In this document: one piece after another, positions 56,806-64,000 of the stretch | Layout of the letters: the number at the start of each line of letters is the position of its first letter | Position numbering within the stretch: position 1 is the first letter of the stretch | Origin: Coraliomargarita sp. | GTDB taxonomy: Bacteria; Verrucomicrobiota; Verrucomicrobiia; Opitutales; Coraliomargaritaceae | Assembly: GCA_965216325.1 (NCBI GenBank) | Contig: OZ244160.1 | Location: 1,152,001-1,216,000, forward strand | Direction of reading: 5' to 3' | Length of the DNA stretch: 64,000 nt | Made by a program: the position numbers and the translations under genes | Notes under the pieces: model-generated | What the model saw: only the letters and a program-made list of their open reading frames with translations | What the model was told of the DNA's origin: nothing | Databases searched by the model: none

Positions 56806-57693
56806 ATGCTCAAAGAATTCATCATCACCAGACAGTATTTGCGACTCCCCCTTCTTGGCCTTCTTCTTACGTTGAGCGCTTCTGGCGTTCTAAAGGCACA
56901 GGCCCCTGTTCCAGTTGAACATGCAGACCTAGGTTATGCCGCCCTTGAAGCTGGGAACCAACAGGCTGCCGAAGATGAGTTTAACAGAGCGCTAGAGCTG
57001 AATGCGGACGACCTATCGGCACGACTGGGCCTGGCAATGATTCAAACGGAACGCCAGCAGCATGAAAAAGCCTTTCAATCCTATGATTCCATCGTGCAAT
57101 CCCACCCACAGAACGTCTTTGCATGGAATCAGCGCGGCTTGGCGGCATACAACCTTGAGGACTTTGACGAAGCGCTGAATTCGTTCGAGCGTGCGACCGC
57201 AGACCAACCGGTTAATGGATTCTTTTATGAGTCACTAGCCTGGACACGCATGTGCCGTGGTGAATTTACACAAGCCGCCGAGTCTGCCAAGACCGCGACA
57301 CTCATGTATAACCGCGAAGGGCATAGCACATCTTACCCATTGTTGATTGCTTATTTCTCATACCTGGAGAGTGGCGATCCAAATAGCGCACAACGCAGCC
57401 TGCGCTACGCGATCAAAAACCACAAACCAAACCAATGGCCTGCGCCAGTGCTTGGCTACCTAAACGGCCAGCTAAATGAGGCGGAACTGATTAGTTATGT
57501 GACGAACAGTGCCGAAGAAACTGAAGCGCACACCTACATCGGTCTGAAGTTACGCAATCAAGGTGAAGAAGGTAAAGCGATGAAGCACTTGAGCTGGGTT
57601 AGCCGAAATGGGGATCCACGCGTTTTTGAATATACGGTCGCACGTGCCCTCAACCTACAGAGTAGCGTTGCGGTGTGGAAACCCAATTCCTAG
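56806..57693 (+). CDS. Exported TPR protein (NlpI-like)
   Basis: Signal peptide, TPR motifs, WP.PV..YL.G...EAHTYIG. Confidence 0.75.
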   Translation: MLKEFIITRQYLRLPLLGLLLTLSASGVLKAQAPVPVEHADLGYAALEAGNQQAAEDEFNRALELNADDLSARLGLAMIQTERQQHEKAFQSYDSIVQSHPQNVFAWNQRGLAAYNLEDFDEALNSFERATADQPVNGFFYESLAWTRMCRGEFTQAAESAKTATLMYNREGHSTSYPLLIAYFSYLESGDPNSAQRSLRYAIKNHKPNQWPAPVLGYLNGQLNEAELISYVTNSAEETEAHTYIGLKLRNQGEEGKAMKHLSWVSRNGDPRVFEYTVARALNLQSSVAVWKPNS

Positions 57694-57708
57694 TATTTGG
57701 ATCAACGC

Positions 57709-57911
57709 TTAATCCATCCGCAAACCGGCGTTGATTTCGCTTTGCTCAACATGTGCTTCGCGCTCGCTCATTTGATTGAGTCGATCGATTAACGAGTTCT
57801 CAACCTCACCCACATATTGACTGCGCTCCTCTAGCTTTTGCTGCGCTTTTTTTTTTTAAACTGGCGCATCAGTGCTTCAAGCGCACGCTCTCGCTGTGTA
57901 ATTTCAGGTAA
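57709..57911 (-). pseudogene. Frameshifted remnant of a coiled-coil protein
   Basis: LPEITQRERALEALMRQF, then an A11 run, then in another frame AQQKLEERSQYVGEVENSLIDRLNQMSEREAHVEQSEINAGLRMD*. Confidence 0.5.
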
Positions 57912-57989
57912 GATAGCTGCCCCGTAGTAAGGATAAACGTATTCAGAATATCGCTACGACAGTTTATGCAAGGCATCAACTAGGCACAG

Positions 57990-58457
57990 CTACTTAGCGC
58001 CACCAGCTTGGACAATTACCTTAAACTCAGCCTCAGTAACCGGCGTAATTGATAGACGATTACCACGTTGAAGCACACGCATCTCAGCTAACTCTGACAT
58101 GCCTTTCATTTCCTCTAAAGACACATGGCGTACCAAGTCATCATGATACTTCACATCGACCAGAATCCAACGGGGTTTCTCAGGGTCGCTCTTGGCATCA
58201 AAGTATTTCGATTGTTTGTCAAATGCTGTCGGGTCTGGATACGGCTCACTGGCAACCTCAGCGATACCGGCAACCCCTGGAGGGTTTGTGTTGGAATGAT
58301 AGAACAAAATGAGATCCCCCACCTTCATCACATCACGCATGAAATTACGCGCCTGATAATTGCGCACACCATCCCACGGTTCAGTTTGCTTGGGGCGTGC
58401 CTTAAGGTCATCGAACGAAAAAACGTCCGGCTCGGATTTCATTAACCAGTAATTCAT
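57990..58457 (-). CDS. EVE domain protein (THYN1-like)
   Basis: YWLMKSEP, WDGVRNYQARN, FYHS, RLSITPV. Confidence 0.93.
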   Translation of the reverse strand: MNYWLMKSEPDVFSFDDLKARPKQTEPWDGVRNYQARNFMRDVMKVGDLILFYHSNTNPPGVAGIAEVASEPYPDPTAFDKQSKYFDAKSDPEKPRWILVDVKYHDDLVRHVSLEEMKGMSELAEMRVLQRGNRLSITPVTEAEFKVIVQAGGAK

Positions 58458-58458
58458 C

Positions 58459-59427
58459 TTAGGTAGGAATGCCGAGCTTATCGAGAATACGATCGAGGTC
58501 TTCGTTGCCGACATACTCAATGGTAATGCGGCCCTTCTTCGCGCCGTGCTTCATCGTCACACGTGAACTCAAATGCTCACCGATGCGCTTTTCCAAATCA
58601 CGGATTGCGGTCGCTTCGGCATCGGCATTCTTTTTACCACCAGCCTTGCTAGAGCTGCCGCTATTACTCTTCAAGCGACGCACTTCACCTTCGGCTTCAC
58701 GCACACTCATCCCGGTTTCGATGATCCGACGTGCTAGCAGGCGGCGATGCTCATCACTCTCCAGTCCGAGGAGCACCTTGGCATGGCCGGTTGAAATCAG
58801 GCGACGACTCAGGTACCCTTGAACTTCAGTGTTGAGCGTGAGCAAACGCATGGCATTCGCAACAGTGGCACGACCTTTGCCAACCCGCTCGGCAGCTGCT
58901 TCCTGGGTTAGATCGAAATCACGAATCAAGCTGGCATAGCCTAGCGCCTCATCAATGGGATTGAGGTTCTCGCGCTGCAAATTCTCGATCAACGCGAGCG
59001 CTGCAGACGACGCATCACTGGCTTCGATAATGCGAGCAGGGATTTTTTCCTGCTTGAGGTGCTTAAATGCATGTAAACGACGTTCACCAGCGATGAGTTC
59101 ATAGCTATCGCCCTTCTTGCGCACCACAATGGGCTGAATCAGCCCTTCGGCTTGGATACTCTTCGCAAGTTCTTCCACGTGGACCGGATTGATCTCACGG
59201 CGTGGCTGGTAAGGGTTCGCAGCGATTTCTTTAACCACGAGCTCGCTGAACCCAGGCACTGCTGGCGGCATGGAGTTATTCACTGCGGCGACAGCAGCCT
59301 TGTTCTGAACTGCACCGACTGAACGCTTAGCGGCCTTCTTAGCAGGCGACTTCTTCGCTGGTGCAGAGGAACCCGCACCGGTAATGAGGCCACCAAGTCC
59401 GCGGCCGAGTCTACTTTTGTTACTCAT
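58459..59427 (-). CDS. parB: ParB/Spo0J partitioning protein
   Basis: LGRGLGGL, NPYQPR, IAGERR, ENLQRENL, HTH. Confidence 0.95.
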   Translation of the reverse strand: MSNKSRLGRGLGGLITGAGSSAPAKKSPAKKAAKRSVGAVQNKAAVAAVNNSMPPAVPGFSELVVKEIAANPYQPRREINPVHVEELAKSIQAEGLIQPIVVRKKGDSYELIAGERRLHAFKHLKQEKIPARIIEASDASSAALALIENLQRENLNPIDEALGYASLIRDFDLTQEAAAERVGKGRATVANAMRLLTLNTEVQGYLSRRLISTGHAKVLLGLESDEHRRLLARRIIETGMSVREAEGEVRRLKSNSGSSSKAGGKKNADAEATAIRDLEKRIGEHLSSRVTMKHGAKKGRITIEYVGNEDLDRILDKLGIPT

Positions 59428-59429
59428 AC

Positions 59430-60041
59430 TTACTGGGCAATTGGGATAAAGATCGATTGGCCGACTTGAAGATCTTTGGCAGGGTTCACGATCTTGTTGG
59501 CATTTTGAATGTGCTTGATAGTCGAGCCGTGTTGGCGAGCGATCTTACTCAAGGTATCGCCTGAGCGAACGACGTAAGTAATGCCCGACTTAGGATAGTC
59601 ATCTGAAAAGTGTGTTGGCGTGCTGACGCTGGGCTGTGCGTTGACTGCATTTGCGACGGAGTTGAGGCCGGACTGCATCTCTTTGCCGAGAGCCGCCACC
59701 TTGCGATTGACTTCGTCGATAATCACTTGCTTCTGCGCTTCATCGGCTGCGCGGTATTCGCGGCGAATGCCTTCGATCGCTGAGGACAAATTGTTGAGCT
59801 GATTCTGGGTGCTCTGATTGGACTGTGCGGCCGCAACCTGATTGCGCAGACGTGCATTTTCACGCTGCATCTCTTCGATTTCCAAGCGAAGCGCTTTAAC
59901 TTGCTGGCTGAGCAAGACCATATCCTGCTTCATATTGGCGACAGTTACGCGCATGTCAGACGATTGCGCGGTAAGGGGGCTGCTTAGGTTTAGCGTGGCG
60001 CCGAGCGCGATAAATGCGCCCAATCGGAATAGTTTCATCAT
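59430..60041 (-). CDS. Secreted coiled-coil protein with C-terminal LysM domain
   Basis: Signal peptide, heptad region, YVVRSGDTLSKIA...LQVGQSIFIP. Confidence 0.88.
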   Translation of the reverse strand: MMKLFRLGAFIALGATLNLSSPLTAQSSDMRVTVANMKQDMVLLSQQVKALRLEIEEMQRENARLRNQVAAAQSNQSTQNQLNNLSSAIEGIRREYRAADEAQKQVIIDEVNRKVAALGKEMQSGLNSVANAVNAQPSVSTPTHFSDDYPKSGITYVVRSGDTLSKIARQHGSTIKHIQNANKIVNPAKDLQVGQSIFIPIAQ

Positions 60042-60159
60042 AGTTGCAGTCGAAGATTGAAGCACAGAACGAAATGTCAAAGCCAGAAGCGGCGTGCGGC
60101 AGAATCTTGTTGGCTTGAGGGTTGCAGCGAAGTCACGCATTGGCATAACCCACCTTCGG

Positions 60160-61014
60160 ATGACAGCAACTAACGACTATTGGGTCCATAACTGGTCCCC
60201 TTTTTTAATCAAGTTTCCGGAAAACCCTCTGGGGCTGGAGGGCATCCCCTATTACGGTCTCTCCTACCTGCTCGGCTTTCTAGCGGCCTGGTTGTTGCTG
60301 AAGACCTACGACAAGCGTGGCAAATTCGCGATTAATGCCGATCAACGCGCCAGCCTGATGACCTACATCATGATCGGGGTTATGGTCGGCGGACGACTCG
60401 GCTTTATGCTGCTCTACGACCTCCAAGCCTTTCTAGCGGACCCTCTGTTGTTCTTTCGAGTCTATGAGGGAGGCATGGCAAGCCATGGCGGATTCATTGG
60501 CGTGCTCGTCGCAGTCGCTCTTTTTTGCCGCTGGCAGCACTTTAACTTCCTCAAGCTCGGCGATGTCCTCGTTACGGTCGGGCCACTGGGCCTGATGTTT
60601 GGTCGCTGCGCAAACTTCATTAACGGTGAGCTATGGGGACGGGTAACGACTGTGCCCTGGGCCGTAATTTTTCCGGATAGCCCTGAGCGCTACAACCCCT
60701 TGATTCAGCGCTTCACGCCAGACCCACGTCATCCCTCCCAGCTATATGCTGCCCTACTCGAAGGAGCCCTGCTGTTTGCCTACACTCAATGGCGCTTCTG
60801 GAAATGTAAGACCGCGCCAGGGCAATTAGCCGGGGAGTTTTTTGTCGGATATGGTATCGTGCGCATTTTCGGTGAGTTGTTTCGCGAACCGGACGCATCG
60901 CTCATCTTGGGCCTCAGTCGCGGACAATTTTATTCCACCTTCATGATACTTGGTGGAGCTGCACTGATTGTCTGGGCCCGCAAAAGAACTAACGCAAAAA
61001 CTGCTAAAAAGTAA
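60160..61014 (+). CDS. lgt: Prolipoprotein diacylglyceryl transferase
   Basis: YYGL, GGRLG, GGMASHGG, GRCANFINGELWG, HPSQLY, ELFREPD. Confidence 0.96.
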   Translation: MTATNDYWVHNWSPFLIKFPENPLGLEGIPYYGLSYLLGFLAAWLLLKTYDKRGKFAINADQRASLMTYIMIGVMVGGRLGFMLLYDLQAFLADPLLFFRVYEGGMASHGGFIGVLVAVALFCRWQHFNFLKLGDVLVTVGPLGLMFGRCANFINGELWGRVTTVPWAVIFPDSPERYNPLIQRFTPDPRHPSQLYAALLEGALLFAYTQWRFWKCKTAPGQLAGEFFVGYGIVRIFGELFREPDASLILGLSRGQFYSTFMILGGAALIVWARKRTNAKTAKK

Positions 61015-61062
61015 CGTTTCAGCCAATTCGACAGCCTCCTGTTCTCAGTGTAATGTAGTGCC

Positions 61063-61596
61063 GTGAAGGCTGTATATAAAGGCGTATCTCTACTACTAGG
61101 TATACTCGTATCGATGCTCATGAGTGGGTGCGAATCGGTCGTCAACATCCCCCTTAACGAGCACTCGCATATTAACATGAAAGCCAATCCAACCGGCGGG
61201 GACGATGCCTTTGAGATCAGCTACCACCTGTATGAGGACCATCGCCGCGAATACCGCGCAATGCACCCAAGCAGCCCAGCCAACATACGCGATGAAATCG
61301 ACTGGAGAGATTGGGAAGGCGACATTAGCTTCGACGGCTTGGGCACCGCATACGCCACCGATGGTGACGACGATGAAGCATCCCGAAAGCTTTCCAAGGG
61401 ATGGGAGGTATTAACCGAAGATGGCGGTCTACTCAGTTGGACGAATGTCAGAAGTCTAATGAAGGAAGGTATTGATTTTGACGATAAGCCACCACCAAGA
61501 AAAATCGTCGTTGACGACTTTGAGGATGAACAACCGCAAAGACGGCGCCTCAGAGACTTCTCGGCTCTGGCAATTTCGACTCCCCCCGGGTGGTAG
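61063..61596 (+). CDS. Hypothetical lipoprotein
   Basis: GTG start, lipobox LMSGC; acidic body. Confidence 0.6.
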   Translation: MKAVYKGVSLLLGILVSMLMSGCESVVNIPLNEHSHINMKANPTGGDDAFEISYHLYEDHRREYRAMHPSSPANIRDEIDWRDWEGDISFDGLGTAYATDGDDDEASRKLSKGWEVLTEDGGLLSWTNVRSLMKEGIDFDDKPPPRKIVVDDFEDEQPQRRRLRDFSALAISTPPGW

Positions 61597-61670
61597 CCCA
61601 CTTGCTGCAGAAATTCACGAGTTGCATGCGAGTGCATTCTAGGTTGTAACGCGTAGCATTGCTTACAGCC

Positions 61671-62345
61671 ATGCACACATCATCAACCAATCCAGCCGAT
61701 ACCAATCCTGCCCTCACAGTCGAGGACTGGGGGCGCACACGCTACGCTGAGGCATTTGAGCGCCAAAAGGCACTCGTCGATCAACGCCGTAACAACCTAA
61801 CTCCCGACACGCTGGTCTTTACTGAACATGACCCAGTCTACACCATGGGGATGCGCAAAGGCGCAGAGCAGCACCTAATTTGGCAGGAAGCCGAACTCGC
61901 GAAGCAAGGCATCGAAGTGCACCAAAGTAACCGTGGAGGGGACATCACCTACCACGGCCCCGGCCAACTGGTGGGCTATCCGATTGTATCGCTTCAACAG
62001 CGCCGCGATTTACACGCCTACTTGCGTGACCTCGAGGAAGCCGTCATCCAAACTCTGCAAACCTTTGGTCTCGAATCAGGCCGCCGCGACGGAAAAACAG
62101 GCATTTGGCTGGAAAATCGCAAGATCTGCGCAATTGGCGTCGCGGTGCGCACCTGGGTCACCTATCACGGGTTTGCGCTGAATGTGACTCCAAATCTGGA
62201 GCACTTCTCCGGCATTGTGCCGTGCGGCATTACCGACGGCACCGTGACCTCAATGGAGCGCGAATTAGGCGGCCCAGTGGAGCTCGAAACGGTAAAATCG
62301 CGTTTAGCGATTGAATTTCGGAAAATTTTTAGGAAGGATTCATAG
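61671..62345 (+). CDS. lipB: Octanoyltransferase
   Basis: EHDPVYT, RGGDITYHGPGQ, KICAIG, HGFALN, PCG. Confidence 0.96.
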   Translation: MHTSSTNPADTNPALTVEDWGRTRYAEAFERQKALVDQRRNNLTPDTLVFTEHDPVYTMGMRKGAEQHLIWQEAELAKQGIEVHQSNRGGDITYHGPGQLVGYPIVSLQQRRDLHAYLRDLEEAVIQTLQTFGLESGRRDGKTGIWLENRKICAIGVAVRTWVTYHGFALNVTPNLEHFSGIVPCGITDGTVTSMERELGGPVELETVKSRLAIEFRKIFRKDS

Positions 62346-62349
62346 GCTT

Positions 62350-63279
62350 ATGGATTTACGAAAACCAGACTGGCTGCGTGCCAAGCTGCCAACCAGCGCG
62401 GGCTACAAGGCTACGCGAGAAATCGTCGACACCCACGATCTGCACACTGTTTGTAAGAGTGCGCAGTGCCCGAACATGGGTGAATGCTGGTCCCGTGGCA
62501 CAGCAACCGTCATGATTCTCGGCAATATCTGCACCCGCTCATGCCGTTTTTGCGCCATTCAAACCGGTCGCCCAACTGAGCTCGACCTCGGGGAACCAGC
62601 ACGCGTTGCCGAGTCGATTGCCAAGATGAATCTCAAATACACCGTGATTACATCGGTCGCCCGTGACGACTTGAAAGACGGGGGCGCATCCGTCTGGGCC
62701 GCAACCATTCGAGCCATTCGCCACCGTGTGCCGGAGTGTGCCGTCGAAGTTTTGACCGCTGATTTCCGTGGTCAACAGGAGTATCTCGATGTGGTGCTCG
62801 ACGCTTGTCCGGACATTTTCAATCACAACATGGAGACGGTCAAACGCCTCCAACGCCCCATCCGCAAGACCGCACGCTACGATCGCTCACTGTGGGTCCT
62901 TAGCCACGCCAAGTCACGCGGCTTCATCACCAAGTCCGGAATCATGCTCGGCATTGGTGAAAAAGAAGACGAGATCAAAGAAGTCATGCACGACATGGTT
63001 GCCGCAGGCGTCGACATTCTAACCATTGGCCAGTATCTACAGCCGACCAAAGAGCACCAGCCGATCGATCGCTGGGTTACGCCAGAGGAATTTAAGCGCT
63101 GGAAGGACTACGCTCTGGAGATCGGCTTTGGTGTCTGTGAATCTGGGCCGATGGTTCGCTCCTCCTACCATGCAGATGAGCAATCGGATGTTTTTGATGT
63201 GCTTGGACGCCGCAAAGAGATGCTCGCACGACAAGCGGCTGCCAAAGAGGCGGCTGAATTAGTGAACTCCGAGGCTTAA
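62350..63279 (+). CDS. lipA: Lipoyl synthase
   Basis: CKSAQCPNMGEC, CTRSCRFC, HNMETV, GQYLQP, VRSSYHA. Confidence 0.97.
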   Translation: MDLRKPDWLRAKLPTSAGYKATREIVDTHDLHTVCKSAQCPNMGECWSRGTATVMILGNICTRSCRFCAIQTGRPTELDLGEPARVAESIAKMNLKYTVITSVARDDLKDGGASVWAATIRAIRHRVPECAVEVLTADFRGQQEYLDVVLDACPDIFNHNMETVKRLQRPIRKTARYDRSLWVLSHAKSRGFITKSGIMLGIGEKEDEIKEVMHDMVAAGVDILTIGQYLQPTKEHQPIDRWVTPEEFKRWKDYALEIGFGVCESGPMVRSSYHADEQSDVFDVLGRRKEMLARQAAAKEAAELVNSEA

Positions 63280-63515
63280 TTAGAGCCCAATCCAAATTTC
63301 TTCGCAAAGCCTTCCGGATCCCTCCGGAAGGCTTTGATGCATTTCAGGCAAACGCAGGACTTTCCGCGTGCCGACTCTGGTAGAATAGACAGCAGCTCAG
63401 ACGGCACCTTATTTTGAAAGCACCAGCAGCCTGCTGGATTGGTCGCACCGCATTGGTTCGGCTCCCCGCAAATCGGGCAGCAGTTTGCGTCCAAGTCAGG
63501 CAAGGCTACACCCAA
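63276..63515 (-). CDS. Cysteine-rich CWC family protein
   Basis: CPICGEPNQC...CWC...CVCLKC; exact start uncertain. Confidence 0.8.
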   Translation of the reverse strand: MGVALPDLDANCCPICGEPNQCGATNPAGCWCFQNKVPSELLSILPESARGKSCVCLKCIKAFRRDPEGFAKKFGLGSN

Positions 63516-64000
63516 TCTTCACCGCAACGTTTCAACGCTGTGGCTAATTCCTTAGCAAAGAAAGGCCCACGGTAAACCCAACCGGTATAAACCTGAACCA
63601 TAGACGCACCCGCATCAATTTTCTCCCCAGCCGCTTCGACTGAATCAATGCCCCCCACACCAATAATCGGCAACTTTCCTTCAGTGGAGCGGTAGATGTA
63701 GTTAATCACCTGATTCGAACGCTTGCGGGTAAATTCACCACCACTGTAACCACCGGTCTCATTGGACGCAAAACCATCCGGTCGCGCGATCGTGGTATTC
63801 GTAGCGATGATGCCGTCGTAGTTGAGCTCCAAGAGAACACCGACAATCTGGTCGATCTCTGCAAAGGTCAGATCCGGTGCGATTTTGAGCAGAGTTGGAT
63901 GAGGCTCGCGGCCCAGCTTCTTGGCATGGCTGAGATTCTCATCACGAAACGTGGACAATAAATCGCGCAGATAACTCTCGGACTGCAATTCACGCAGCCC
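63506..64000 (-). CDS. pyrD: Dihydroorotate dehydrogenase (quinone), 3' part
   Basis: KIAPDL, ATNTT, GGYSG, IIGVGGI, GASMVQVYT; start lies beyond the window. Confidence 0.93.
   Translation of the reverse strand, partial: GLRELQSESYLRDLLSTFRDENLSHAKKLGREPHPTLLKIAPDLTFAEIDQIVGVLLELNYDGIIATNTTIARPDGFASNETGGYSGGEFTRKRSNQVINYIYRSTEGKLPIIGVGGIDSVEAAGEKIDAGASMVQVYTGWVYRGPFFAKELATALKRCGEDWV

Overview
Gene-dense bacterial chromosome segment, mostly core genome. Protein families and repeat style suggest Verrucomicrobiota, probably Opitutales/Coraliomargarita-like; this is an inference. Left to right it holds the end of a secreted alpha-glucan locus (GH57-like plus two GH13), dciA/DUF721, cysH, galM, uup, glpKD, rhlE, coaD, hemB, an inverted-topology photolyase with two DoxX genes, moeB divergent from a TPP-riboswitch TonB receptor, a full caa3-type cytochrome c oxidase cluster, an SLC13 permease, tRNA-Thr behind a lone nuoA, dnaG-rpoD-tatA, parE, purT, pyrC-rdgB-ribD, parB, lgt, lipBA and a partial pyrD. 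I found no prophage, intact IS or CRISPR array. The strongest novel signal is a pair of paralogous ~95-100 nt minus-strand ncRNA candidates flanking dciA. They have different stem sequences but identical GGGGUA motifs at conserved spacing; one follows a sigma54-like promoter, the other a sigma70-like promoter. Also notable: an RpoD with a 93-aa histone-H1-like lysine repeat tail, a C-terminal domain shared by the secreted hydrolases, an IscR-type operator on cysH, a REP-like hairpin inserted in frame in a flavoprotein gene, short-period palindromic repeats, and repeated short-spacer, apparently leaderless promoters. All calls come from reading by eye; no searches were run.
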